From: Clostridia bacterium
GTDB taxonomy: Bacteria; Bacillota; Clostridia; Christensenellales; CAG-138
Reading direction: 5' to 3'
Assembly: GCA_017619735.1 (NCBI GenBank)
Contig: JAFZRT010000029.1
Location: 14,087 to 78,086, forward strand
DNA length: 64,000 nt
This document shows, in pieces, positions 9,988 through 19,402 of the stretch. A program made the translations under genes and the position numbers. The notes under the pieces were generated by a model that did not search any database, was not told the origin of the DNA, and saw nothing but the letters and a program-made list of their open reading frames with translations. Each line of letters starts with the position of its first letter. Positions within the stretch are counted from its first letter, which is position 1.

Positions 9988-11166
9988 ATGGATTACACTA
10001 AGCTTATTGTCAAAGCAGTTCAGGACGTACCGCCTTCCGGCATCCGCAAGTATTTCGACATCCTGACCGATAAGACCATCAGCCTCGGCGTCGGCGAGCC
10101 CGATTTTCCCACTCCCGAAGCCATCAGGCAGGAAGCGTTGGAGCGCCTGTCCCACGGCCGCATCCCGTACTCCTCCAACAGCGGTATGCCCGAGCTCCGC
10201 GAGCTTATCAGCAAATACCTGGACGCCCGCTACGGCGTACACTATGAGGCCAACGGCGAGATACTGGTCACCGTCGGCGCCAGCCAGGCGATAGACCTCG
10301 CGATCCGCGCCCTCATTACCAACGGCGACGAGGTCATAATCCCCGAGCCCACCTACGTCGCGTATAACCCCGGCGTCATTTTCGCCGGCGGCGTTCCCGT
10401 GAACGTCATCACCACGGCCGACAATAAGTTCAAGCTCACCGCCGAAGCCCTCAAGGCCGCCATCACCCCGCACACCAAGGCGCTGCTGCTCCCGTTCCCC
10501 AACAACCCCACCGGCGGTATCATGGAGAAGGAAGACCTCGAAGCCATCGCCGACGTGCTCCGCGGCACCGATATCCTCGTTCTCGCCGATGAGATCTATT
10601 CCGAGCTCACCTACGGCGGCAAGCAGCATGTTTCCATCTGCTCGCTTCCTGGCATGCGCGAGCGCACCGTCGTGCTGAACGGCTTCTCCAAGGCGTTCTC
10701 CATGACCGGCTGGCGTCTCGGCTACGCCGCCGCTCCCAAGCCCATTATCGCCGCCATGACGAAGATCAATCAGCTCACCATGCTTTCCGCCCCGACCCCC
10801 GCGCAGTACGCGGGCATCGCCGCTCTGAGGCAGGGCTTTGAGACCGATTGGCGCGACATGAAGGCCATGATGCATGAGTACGACCGCCGCCGCCGCGTCA
10901 TCATCGACGGCTTCAACGAGCTGGGCATGACCTGCAACGAGCCCGAGGGAGCGTTCTACGTATTCCCGTCCATCGCCGTTTCCGGCCTCAGCTCCGAGGA
11001 GTTCTGCGACAGGCTCCTTGCCGAGCAGGACGTCTGCATGGTGCCCGGCACCGCGTTCGGTCCCAGCGGCGAGGGCTACGTCCGCTGCTGCTACGCCACC
11101 GATATAGAGGATATCAGGGAAGCCCTCAGGAGGACCAAGGTATTCCTCGAGTCCCTTAAAAAGTAA
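9988..11166 (+). CDS. Class I/II PLP-dependent aminotransferase (aspartate/aromatic type)
   Basis: 392-aa ORF with GEPDFPTP, the NNPTG motif, and SKAFSMTGWRLGY (PLP-lysine region). Confidence 0.85.
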   Translation: MDYTKLIVKAVQDVPPSGIRKYFDILTDKTISLGVGEPDFPTPEAIRQEALERLSHGRIPYSSNSGMPELRELISKYLDARYGVHYEANGEILVTVGASQAIDLAIRALITNGDEVIIPEPTYVAYNPGVIFAGGVPVNVITTADNKFKLTAEALKAAITPHTKALLLPFPNNPTGGIMEKEDLEAIADVLRGTDILVLADEIYSELTYGGKQHVSICSLPGMRERTVVLNGFSKAFSMTGWRLGYAAAPKPIIAAMTKINQLTMLSAPTPAQYAGIAALRQGFETDWRDMKAMMHEYDRRRRVIIDGFNELGMTCNEPEGAFYVFPSIAVSGLSSEEFCDRLLAEQDVCMVPGTAFGPSGEGYVRCCYATDIEDIREALRRTKVFLESLKK

Positions 11167-11272
11167 ACAGCCCCGTCCGGATACTGCGGCCGTTTATCAA
11201 AATAACAGTTGACAAACGGCCGGGAAGTATTTACAATTAGCGGGTATATTTATCCACAGAAGGAGAACCACA

Positions 11273-12868
11273 ATGAAACTCAACAAGGCGATCGTCCGAA
11301 TTCTTGCCGTCGTTATGATCGCGGCTATGTCCGCCGGTCTTTTCGGCTGCGTGAGCTCGTACAACACCAACCCCACCGTTGCCAAGGTCGGCAATCAGAA
11401 GCTCGGTCTTGAGCAGTATCTTTCGCTTTACAACAACACCGATACAAGCTCCAACATTTATTATATGTACCTTCAGTACGGCGCCATCACCCGTGAGCAG
11501 TACTCCAAGTACATCCTCGAAGAGCTCGTGAACTACGGCGTGCAGCTCGACCAGATCGAGAAGCAGGGCGTAAAGCTCGACGATGAAGAGGAAGCCAAGC
11601 TCCAGCAGGACGTCGAGGATACCGTCAAGGAACAGGTCAACAAGAACTTCCTCGATAAGGTCGATTCTTCCATCACCGACGAGGCCGCCAAGTACGAAGC
11701 CGCCCTTGAGCTCCTCAAGGCCGACCTCAAGAAGAACGGCGTCAAGTTCGAGGATTACCGCGCCAATATCGAGAAGAACCTTCGCACCACCGCCCTCATC
11801 AGCAAGCTTCGCGAAGTCAACATCGCCGACGTTACCGTTTCCAACGACGACGTCAAGAAGTATTTCGAGGACAACGTCAAGACCACCATCTCGGCCTCCG
11901 ATTTCAGGACTGCGTTCAACAACTTCATGACCGCTTCCACCACGATCGCGCCCCTCTTCATGCCCCATCCCGAAAGGGCCGTTGAGGACGATCCCGAGAC
12001 CACCGATAAGGACGAGTCCAAGGACGCCGATCCCTACGGCGAGTTCTTCTCCGTCGTGCATCTGCTCATGAAGTTCGAGACCGGCGCCGGCGCCGACGTC
12101 ACCGACCTTGCTGAGTATGCCGCCGGCGATAAGACCCTCACCGACAAGATGAACGAGTTCGAAGCCACCATCGGCACCCTCACCACCGAGGATTTCATCG
12201 CCAAGTGCTTCGATAAGGATAGCAACGACGATGCGGGCATGCAGCAGACCGCTTATCAGTACTTCGGCTATCTCATGCAGGCGTCCATTCTCGATTCCTA
12301 CTACAAGGGATTCGGCTACGCTTCCATGAAGCTCAAGTTCGGCGAGGATTGGGAACCCGTCAAGGACTCCGAGACCTCCACTGCCGAGCCCGAGACCTAT
12401 GACGTCAAGTTCTTCGATCTTGCCGACGGCGCCAAGATCGTCAAGGTCTACACCACCTCCGGCGCTCATTACATCATCCTGAACCCCAACGACTGCTTCA
12501 GCATGTACGATGACGACGGTTATCTCATGGTCCCCCTTTATGAGGACGATAACCCCGTTACCGCCGGCGAAGGCATCCTCACCGCCAACGGCGGCCATAT
12601 GACCCAGGCGCAGCTCGACGCGATCAACGCGATCCTCGCAAACGTCAAGGAGCCCGTTGAGGAGGAGGCCCAGAAGGATACCGAGACCGAAACCGAGGAG
12701 CACAAAGAGGAGGAGCCCTACACCCTCAAGACCCTGTATGAGAACATCCGCGATGCCAAGCTGACCTCCATGCAGAGCGAGGCCTTCAACAACAAGTTCA
12801 ACGAGTGGAAGGAGAACACCAAGATCGTCCGCTACGAGAACATCATCAAGTCCTTCGGTCAGGGCTGA
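11273..12868 (+). CDS. Lipoprotein, SurA-N/PrsA-like foldase-type extracytoplasmic protein (no clear PPIase core seen)
   Basis: 531-aa ORF with lipobox MKLNK...AGLFGC. N-terminal VAKVGNQKLGLEQY resembles SurA/PrsA N-domains. Acidic Lys/Glu/Asp-rich body. Confidence 0.55.
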   Translation: MKLNKAIVRILAVVMIAAMSAGLFGCVSSYNTNPTVAKVGNQKLGLEQYLSLYNNTDTSSNIYYMYLQYGAITREQYSKYILEELVNYGVQLDQIEKQGVKLDDEEEAKLQQDVEDTVKEQVNKNFLDKVDSSITDEAAKYEAALELLKADLKKNGVKFEDYRANIEKNLRTTALISKLREVNIADVTVSNDDVKKYFEDNVKTTISASDFRTAFNNFMTASTTIAPLFMPHPERAVEDDPETTDKDESKDADPYGEFFSVVHLLMKFETGAGADVTDLAEYAAGDKTLTDKMNEFEATIGTLTTEDFIAKCFDKDSNDDAGMQQTAYQYFGYLMQASILDSYYKGFGYASMKLKFGEDWEPVKDSETSTAEPETYDVKFFDLADGAKIVKVYTTSGAHYIILNPNDCFSMYDDDGYLMVPLYEDDNPVTAGEGILTANGGHMTQAQLDAINAILANVKEPVEEEAQKDTETETEEHKEEEPYTLKTLYENIRDAKLTSMQSEAFNNKFNEWKENTKIVRYENIIKSFGQG

Positions 12869-12884
12869 TAACGACCCGGATCAT

Positions 12885-12911
12885 ACCCGCCTGAAAAAGG
12901 CGGGTTTTTTT
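12885..12911 (+). terminator. Rho-independent terminator
   Basis: ACCCGCC-TGAAAAA-GGCGGGT followed by TTTTTTG. Confidence 0.75.
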
Positions 12912-12922
12912 GTAAAAAGGGG

Positions 12923-12963
12923 TTGACAAATGAACATAACTGTATTAATATTGTTAATACAGT
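12923..12963 (+). promoter_or_regulatory. Sigma-A promoter with overlapping palindromic operator (YtrA-type module 1)
   Basis: TTGACA (12923..12928), 17 nt, TAATAT (12946..12951). A 25-bp palindrome ACTGTATTAA-TATTG-TTAATACAGT (12939..12963, 10-bp perfect arms) covers the -10 and the start site. RBS AAAGGAGGA at 12972..12980. Confidence 0.6.
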
Positions 12964-12985
12964 AATAACACAAAGGAGGACGCGA

Positions 12986-13384
12986 ATGTTTACGATCGAC
13001 AAGATGTCCCGAATACCGATCTACGAGCAGCTCATAAATCAGTTCGAATACTGCATTTTGAGCGGCGACATAGGTGCGGACGGGCAGCTTCCATCGGTCA
13101 GATCGCTCTCCCAGGCACTTAACGTCAACCCGAACACCTTGCAGCGCGCTTTCAACGAGATCGAGCGCAGGGGACTGTGCTACACGGTCCCAGGCAACGG
13201 AAGATACATCTCGAAGGACGCGCTCGACAGGCTGAAGGAGGCTGCCTTGGAGCAGACGGCGGAGCTCGAAGAGCTGCTGACCGAGCTGAAGGGCAGGGGA
13301 GTGGCGAGATCGATGGTCTCCGATATAGTGGAAAAGGTCTACGGACAGGACAATAACAATGAAGGGACGGTGGTCAAAGCATGA
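12986..13384 (+). CDS. GntR-family (YtrA-subfamily, short) transcriptional regulator
   Basis: ATG 12986 behind a strong RBS (track ORF starts at 12923, inside the promoter). PIYEQLINQ...LPSVRSLSQALNVNPNTLQRAFNEIERRG is a GntR winged-HTH. The short C-terminal helical tail is typical of YtrA types. Confidence 0.85.
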   Translation: MFTIDKMSRIPIYEQLINQFEYCILSGDIGADGQLPSVRSLSQALNVNPNTLQRAFNEIERRGLCYTVPGNGRYISKDALDRLKEAALEQTAELEELLTELKGRGVARSMVSDIVEKVYGQDNNNEGTVVKA

Positions 13385-14292
13385 TAACCGCGAATCATCT
13401 GACAAAGAAATTCGATTCGTTCACTGCGCTGAATGAATTGAACTGCAAGATCCCGGAGGGATGTATCTACGGCATGGTCGGCTCCAACGGCGCCGGCAAG
13501 TCGACGCTGCTGCGCCTTATCAGCGGCATTTACAAAGCGGACGGCGGCTCCATAGAGATAGACGGCAAGGACGTTTACAACGATCCCGAGGTCAAGAAGC
13601 GCCTCGTATTCGTTCCGGACGAGCTGTATTTCCTGCCGCGCTCCAATATGAACAGGATGTCGAAGCTTTATTCCTCGGTGTACGAGAACTTCTCGTTCGA
13701 TAAGTTCAGGAAGCTCACCGAGACCTTCAAGCTCGATCCCAACGCCAACATCGCCACGTTTTCAAAGGGCATGAGGCGTCAGGCCGCGACGATACTCGCG
13801 CTGTCCTGCAACGCCGACTACATTCTCTTCGACGAGACCTTCGACGGGCTCGACCCCGTCATGAGGAACCTCGTCAAGAACCTTTTGTACAACGACGTGA
13901 TGGAGCGCAACGCCACCGCCGTCATCACGAGCCATTCTCTGCGCGAGCTGGAGGATACCTGCGATCAGCTCTCGCTCCTGCATAAGGGCGGTATCATTTT
14001 CGAGAGCGATATCGGCAACCTCAAGACCTCGCTCTTCAAGGTGCAGGCCGCTTTCCCCGACGAATACGACCGCAGCCGCTTCGAAGGCGTCGAAATGCTC
14101 TCCTTCTCGAAGCACGGCAGCGTATCCTCGCTGATCGTAAGAGGCGACAGGGACGAGACCGCGGCAAGGATCAAGGCGCTGCATCCCATACTGTTTGAGA
14201 TACTGCCCCTCTCTTTGGAGGAGGTATTCGTCTATGAGATGGACGCTCTGGGCTATGAGTTCTCCGAGGTCCTGAAACAGGAGGTGGAATGA
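13381..14292 (+). CDS. ABC transporter ATP-binding protein
   Basis: 303-aa ORF with Walker A GSNGAGKST, signature FSKGMRRQ, and Walker B ILFDETFDGLD. ATGA overlap with the GntR gene. Confidence 0.9.
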   Translation: MITANHLTKKFDSFTALNELNCKIPEGCIYGMVGSNGAGKSTLLRLISGIYKADGGSIEIDGKDVYNDPEVKKRLVFVPDELYFLPRSNMNRMSKLYSSVYENFSFDKFRKLTETFKLDPNANIATFSKGMRRQAATILALSCNADYILFDETFDGLDPVMRNLVKNLLYNDVMERNATAVITSHSLRELEDTCDQLSLLHKGGIIFESDIGNLKTSLFKVQAAFPDEYDRSRFEGVEMLSFSKHGSVSSLIVRGDRDETAARIKALHPILFEILPLSLEEVFVYEMDALGYEFSEVLKQEVE

Positions 14293-16424
14293 TGAAACGC
14301 TTCATTCATAAGGGCTATTTCACAGAGATATTCAGGCAGCTGCGAGTTGCCGGCATTGTCTCTTCCATACTGCTGATGCTCGTCAATCTGACGACTTTCA
14401 TATCGCTCGCAACGATGAAGGCCGCCAACGCATATTCTTCCGGTTTCAACGCCATCCCCGCCGGAGCGACGCTTGCCAGTCCCATGAAGATCTTCGTCTA
14501 TGTTATGGGTATCGAGCTCACGTTCCTCGCGTTCGGATGGATGAACAAGCGTTCTTCGAGCGATTTCTATCACGCCGTGCCGGTAACGAGGACGCAGATG
14601 TACTGGTCGACTTTCCTTGCGATACTCGCGTGGATGTTCATTGGCCTTACCGCATACGCCGCAGTTCATGCGCTGCTTTACATGGTGTTCGGCGCTCCGT
14701 TCAACTATCTGCTGTTCCTGTGCGTGTTCGTAAACATGCTCATAGGCGCTGTTGAGGTCTCCGCCGCGTCTGCTATTGCATGCGCGATCTCCGGCACACG
14801 CTTCGTCAATCTCTGCGCGACGATCGTCATACTCTTCGCCCCGCGCTTCATGCTGACGGTGCTGTCCGGCTTTGTGGATATCGTCGCTCCCGACGACACG
14901 CTCTGCGTGAATACGCTGTCGATACTGTTCGATCCGTCGTACAACATATTCGCGGTGCCGTATTCCTCGCTCATAGCTTCGCTTTCGTCCATCGGCCTTG
15001 CCTACGTGGACTATGCCAACGGCTGGGCGATGCTTTACTGCTTTGCGTATTCCTGCATACTGGCAGTTCTGGGCAGCCTTGCTTTCAACAAGCGCAGGTC
15101 GGAGGCCGCCGGCATCCCGACGACGAACAAGCTCTTCCAGGGCGTAATACGCACGGCGGTCGGTCTGCCTTTCCTGCTCGTGCTCGTTTACATCATACTC
15201 GATTACGGCGAGATTCCGAGCATACTATCGCTCGTGATATTCATTCTGCTCGCATTCGTCGGCTACTGCCTGTATGAGCTTATCTCGACCAAGAGCATCA
15301 AGAAGACCGCAAAGGCAATGCCCCTGTTCTCGATCTGCATAGGCATAGCGGCGCTGTATCTCTTCCTGCCCTATCTCATAAATATTGCAGAGAGGAACAT
15401 CAACGTATCCGAGCAGAACATAAAGGGGTACCGCCTTGCCGACAGCGACAGGGAAGACGTGATCGCAGAGCTGCTCAGCTCATATATTGACAACGACAGC
15501 TATTCTTCCGTCAGGTCAAAGAATATCGAGTTCAACGATCCCGAAAGCATAAAGATCATCGCGGCCGCGTATGAGCGCAGTACGACCCGCTATAAAGAGG
15601 ACGGAAACATGAATCCGGGAGACAGGCAGATGTCTGTCAGGATCAACAGGAAGCACGGCAGGGATATCACGAGGAACCTGTACTTCACTGACGCCGAATA
15701 CACCCTCCTTGATCAGCTCAGGACCCGGAATGCCGAATATGCCGACGCGCTCTACAGCTTCCCGAAGGGCAGGCTGTACTGCTACTGCGGAGAGCTGGGA
15801 GCCGCCGAAATGAAGGAAGTCACGGAGCTGTTCCGCGAGGAATACGAGAGCCTTTCGAATTATGACCGAGTGGACCTTTGGAGGAACAACGGCTATGATT
15901 TTGAGTCGCTGAGCATGAACGTTATCGGCTGCCTAGGCGCTGATAACTTCTTCAACCGGTACAAGTTAGGCGAAAAGACTCCGAGGACTTACCGCAGGTA
16001 CGTCGAGCTCATTAACGAGAAAAACGGCGAGAAGGTAAAGGAAGGCCTCAAGACTATCATGGGGTGGATGGAGAACGGTGATACCGATATCATGTTCGAC
16101 GTCCTCATCGGCGCGGAGCGTTCTATCGACAGGTGGTCGCTCGACAGCTATTATTCCGACAGGACGAAACCGCTCAAGGATACGCTGCCGGACGTTTACA
16201 GGATCGTCGAGATACTGTATTCGGCACAGCTTACCGCGGATACTTCGAATGGGACCCTGATAAAGGTATCCTGTTACGGACGCGGCGCGCAGAGCCTGAT
16301 GGAGAATCTCTTCAGCGACTGCAGCATAATGCTCGATATTTCCGAATCCGACAGAGAGTTCATCGAGGAAACGATAGACAGTCTGTACAACAAGCCCGAT
16401 GACGTGATCTGGGATTACGAGTAA
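14289..16424 (+). CDS. Polytopic membrane protein (ABC-2-like permease region) fused to a roughly 340-aa uncharacterised soluble C-terminal domain
   Basis: 711-aa ORF. The start overlaps the ATPase stop (ATGA). Roughly the first 370 aa are hydrophobic segments. I do not recognise any family in the remainder (ERNINVSEQNIKGYRL...DDVIWDYE). Confidence 0.6.
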   Translation: MMKRFIHKGYFTEIFRQLRVAGIVSSILLMLVNLTTFISLATMKAANAYSSGFNAIPAGATLASPMKIFVYVMGIELTFLAFGWMNKRSSSDFYHAVPVTRTQMYWSTFLAILAWMFIGLTAYAAVHALLYMVFGAPFNYLLFLCVFVNMLIGAVEVSAASAIACAISGTRFVNLCATIVILFAPRFMLTVLSGFVDIVAPDDTLCVNTLSILFDPSYNIFAVPYSSLIASLSSIGLAYVDYANGWAMLYCFAYSCILAVLGSLAFNKRRSEAAGIPTTNKLFQGVIRTAVGLPFLLVLVYIILDYGEIPSILSLVIFILLAFVGYCLYELISTKSIKKTAKAMPLFSICIGIAALYLFLPYLINIAERNINVSEQNIKGYRLADSDREDVIAELLSSYIDNDSYSSVRSKNIEFNDPESIKIIAAAYERSTTRYKEDGNMNPGDRQMSVRINRKHGRDITRNLYFTDAEYTLLDQLRTRNAEYADALYSFPKGRLYCYCGELGAAEMKEVTELFREEYESLSNYDRVDLWRNNGYDFESLSMNVIGCLGADNFFNRYKLGEKTPRTYRRYVELINEKNGEKVKEGLKTIMGWMENGDTDIMFDVLIGAERSIDRWSLDSYYSDRTKPLKDTLPDVYRIVEILYSAQLTADTSNGTLIKVSCYGRGAQSLMENLFSDCSIMLDISESDREFIEETIDSLYNKPDDVIWDYE

Positions 16425-16440
16425 GGCGACAAACAAAAAA

Positions 16441-16466
16441 AGCCCTGCCTGCAGCAGGGCTTTATT
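16441..16466. terminator. Bidirectional hairpin terminator between convergent genes
   Basis: AAAAAAAGCCCTGC...GCAGGGCTTTATT. The stem AGCCCTGC/GCAGGGCT is flanked by an A-run and T-rich tracts. Confidence 0.6.
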
Positions 16467-16474
16467 GTTGCTGT

Positions 16475-17203
16475 TCACACTCCGACGGCTTCTCCCAAGA
16501 CCTTGCCTATGGAGTCGTTTATTACAAGGTCCGCAAGACTGTCATATGGCGTAGAGGACTTGTTGATGAGCACGAGCCTGTCGCCTCTGTAATAATCGAT
16601 CAGGCCGGCAGCGGGGTAGACCTGAAGGCTCGTACCGCCGACTATCAGCATATCCGCGCGCATTATGTGCGTCATAGCGCCGCTGAGCGTGTCGTAATCG
16701 AGGCCTTCCTCATACAGCACCACGTCGGGCTTGACTATACCGCCGCATTCGCAGCGGGGAACGCCTTCGCTCTTTGCTATGAACTCGTCGCCGTAGAACT
16801 TGTGGCAGCGCATGCAGTGGTTACGCTTGATGGAGCCGTGGAGCTCGTACACGTTTTTGCTGCCCGCCATGGTGTGCAGACCGTCTATGTTCTGAGTGGC
16901 GACGGCGGTGAGCTTGCCGTCCCTTTCAAGTTTGGCAAGGGCGTAATGCGCAGCGTTGGGCTTTGCGTCGCCGCTCATGAGGAGAGTGCGGTAGTATTTG
17001 AAAAAGACGTCGGGATGCCTGTCGAAGAACGAGCGCGAAAGCAGCGTTTCGGGCGGATATCCGAAATCGCGAATTGCTTTGAATATGCCGTTCTCACTGC
17101 GGAAATCGGGGATGCCGCTTTCGGTCGATACACCGGCTCCTCCGAGAAATACGATCCTTCCGCTCGCTTCGATCATTTCTTTCAGCTTCATTATCCCGTC
17201 CAT
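16475..17203 (-). CDS. cobB: NAD-dependent protein deacylase (Sir2 family)
   Basis: GAGVSTESGIPDFRS, TQNIDGLH, and the Zn-ribbon CxxC...CxC (CMRCHKFY...CECGG). Start moved to ATG 17203 (RBS GAAAGGCGG). The track start 17227 lies under a TATAAT box. Confidence 0.85.
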   Translation of the reverse strand: MDGIMKLKEMIEASGRIVFLGGAGVSTESGIPDFRSENGIFKAIRDFGYPPETLLSRSFFDRHPDVFFKYYRTLLMSGDAKPNAAHYALAKLERDGKLTAVATQNIDGLHTMAGSKNVYELHGSIKRNHCMRCHKFYGDEFIAKSEGVPRCECGGIVKPDVVLYEEGLDYDTLSGAMTHIMRADMLIVGGTSLQVYPAAGLIDYYRGDRLVLINKSSTPYDSLADLVINDSIGKVLGEAVGV

Positions 17204-17359
17204 ATTAGCACCGCCTTTCGTGTTCATATTATTGATTATACCGCATACGCCGCTTTTGTCAACGAAAAGCGCTGCGGAGCGCCCCGGCGCCTACATAATC
17301 CTTGAAAAAAAGGCGCGGATATGGTATCCTTAATGCATAACGAAAGGGAGGATATCTCT

Positions 17360-18763
17360 ATGTGTCAGTATGATTACGATATAGCGGTGCTGGGCGGCGG
17401 TCCCGGCGGTTACGTCGCGGCGATAAGGGCTGCGCAGTACGGAAAAAAGGTCGCTCTCGTAGAGGCGAGGGAGCTTGGCGGCACCTGCCTCAACCGCGGC
17501 TGCATCCCCACAAAGGCGCTCCTGCACTGCGCCGAGGTATATGAGCAGTCGGCCGGCGCATCGGCATTCGGCGTGAACAGCGGCGAGGTCGGGTTCGATT
17601 TCGGCAGGATGGCGGAGTTCAAGCAGTCCACCGTCGACAAGCTCGTTTCCGGCATAGGCAGCCTCGAAAAGGCGCACGGCGTAAAGGTCATAAAGGGCTT
17701 CGGCCGATTGACCGACAGCCATACCCTCGACGTCGTACAGCCGACCGACGAGCATTTGACCGTCACGTTCGACAAGCTCATACTCGCTACCGGCTCTTCG
17801 CCCGCGCGTCCTCCCATAGAGGGCATTGACGGGCAGAACGTCGTTACCTCCGACGATATCCTTTCCATGACCGAGCTTCCCGAAAGCTTCGTCATAATCG
17901 GCGGCGGCGTTATAGGCATAGAGTTCGCAACGCTTTTTGCGACCCTCGGCAAGCCCGTCACCGTGATAGAGATGATGCCCTCCATACTGCCCGGAGCCGA
18001 CGCGGACGTTGTCAGGACCTGCCTGAGGGTGCTGAAGAAGAAAAAGGTACAGATCGTCAACAACGCCAAGGTCACGAAGATCGAAGACGGCGAGACCGTT
18101 ACCGTCAGCTATGAGCTCAACGGCGCCGTAAAGACAGCCGAGGGCGCCTGCTGCGTGGTAAGCGTCGGACGAAAGGCGGAGACCCGCGGTATCGGACTTG
18201 AGGAGATCGGCGTCGAGTTCAACAGGAACTTCGTCGTGATTGACGACCGCTGCAGGACAAATATCGAAAACATCTACGCAATAGGCGACATCACCGGCAA
18301 GATACAGCTCGCGCACGTTGCCTCCGCACAGGGCCTCATTGCCGCCGCAAACGCCGCAGGACACGACGAGGTGATGGACTACTCTGTAGTGCCCTCCTGC
18401 ATCTACACCAGCCCCGAGATCGCTTTTGTGGGCCTCTCGGAGGACAAAGCGAAGGCAATGGGCATCGAGTACAAGCTCGGTACTTTCAACGTCGCCGGCA
18501 ACGGCAGGGCGATGGTGATGGGGGAGAACCTCGGCATAGCCAAGCTCATATCCGATATGGACGGAAAGCTGATCGGCGCGCAGCTCATGTGCCCGAGGGC
18601 TACCGACATGATCGCGGAGCTCGCCGCCGTCATGAAGCTCGGCGGATCAGTAAAGGACGTTGCCGATACGATCCATCCTCATCCCACGGTCAGCGAGGTC
18701 GTCATGGAAGCCGCCCACGATTGGAAAGGCCTCTGCTGCCACGCTATGCCGAAACGGAAATAA
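17360..18763 (+). CDS. lpdA: Dihydrolipoyl dehydrogenase (E3-type pyridine nucleotide-disulfide oxidoreductase)
   Basis: ATG 17360 behind AAGGGAGGA. GGGPGGY FAD motif, redox disulfide GGTCLNRGCIPTK, and C-terminal HPHPTVSE dimerisation motif. No E1/E2 genes are adjacent. Confidence 0.85.
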   Translation: MCQYDYDIAVLGGGPGGYVAAIRAAQYGKKVALVEARELGGTCLNRGCIPTKALLHCAEVYEQSAGASAFGVNSGEVGFDFGRMAEFKQSTVDKLVSGIGSLEKAHGVKVIKGFGRLTDSHTLDVVQPTDEHLTVTFDKLILATGSSPARPPIEGIDGQNVVTSDDILSMTELPESFVIIGGGVIGIEFATLFATLGKPVTVIEMMPSILPGADADVVRTCLRVLKKKKVQIVNNAKVTKIEDGETVTVSYELNGAVKTAEGACCVVSVGRKAETRGIGLEEIGVEFNRNFVVIDDRCRTNIENIYAIGDITGKIQLAHVASAQGLIAAANAAGHDEVMDYSVVPSCIYTSPEIAFVGLSEDKAKAMGIEYKLGTFNVAGNGRAMVMGENLGIAKLISDMDGKLIGAQLMCPRATDMIAELAAVMKLGGSVKDVADTIHPHPTVSEVVMEAAHDWKGLCCHAMPKRK

Positions 18764-18777
18764 CAGAAATGAAAAGA

Positions 18778-18804
18778 GACCCGCGGGCTTCCGCGGGTCT
18801 TTTG
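18778..18804. terminator. Bidirectional terminator at the convergent lpdA / udg junction
   Basis: GACCCGCGG-GCTT-CCGCGGGTC followed by TTTTG; A-rich on the other side. Confidence 0.7.
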
Positions 18805-18812
18805 CTTTACTC

Positions 18813-19400
18813 TTACAACACTATCTCCTCGCCGGAGCGGATCCTGTCGACGAGCTTCTTCGCAGTGCACAGATCGTAAACGAAATCGTTCGTGAACTCC
18901 TGCCTGCGCAGAAGCGCCGCCGGATGATAGGTCGGGATAACGTAGAATATCCCGGCTTTTTTAATCTGCCCGCGCTGACGGGATATCTGGATATCCCTGT
19001 CGTAAACGTATCTCGCCGCGATCCTGCCGAGGCAGACAATGACCTTGGGCCTGACGAGAGCTATCTGCGCACGCAGATAGGGGAGACAAGCCTCCGCCTC
19101 GTCGGGGAAGGGATCGCGGTTCTGCGGAGGACGGCACTTCACTATGTTGCAGATATAGATGCTCTTTCGCTCGAGCCCAACTTCCTCCAGAAGATAGTTG
19201 AACAGCAGCCCCGCCGCCCCTACGAAAGGAACGCCCTGCTCGTCCTCCTCGCGGCCGGGACCCTCGCCGATGAACATTATCTCGGCATGGGGATCCCCGT
19301 CCGCAACGACTATATTGGTGCGCTTTTCGCAAAGCCTGCACTTCGTACAGTCCCGGAGCTCGTTATAAAGGGTGTCCCAATCGAATCTCAGAGTTGCCAT
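18813..19400 (-). CDS. Uracil-DNA glycosylase, family 4 (Fe-S type)
   Basis: 195-aa ORF with CTKCRLC, GEGPGREED, and the VPFVGAAG motif. Confidence 0.85.
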   Translation of the reverse strand: MATLRFDWDTLYNELRDCTKCRLCEKRTNIVVADGDPHAEIMFIGEGPGREEDEQGVPFVGAAGLLFNYLLEEVGLERKSIYICNIVKCRPPQNRDPFPDEAEACLPYLRAQIALVRPKVIVCLGRIAARYVYDRDIQISRQRGQIKKAGIFYVIPTYHPAALLRRQEFTNDFVYDLCTAKKLVDRIRSGEEIVL

Positions 19401-19402
19401 TT

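Noticed and set aside
11237-12703. 488-aa minus-strand ORF opposite the lipoprotein gene
   Set aside because: It is antisense to an ORF with a lipobox and coherent composition. Its own translation is repetitive G/L/V/D/E filler.
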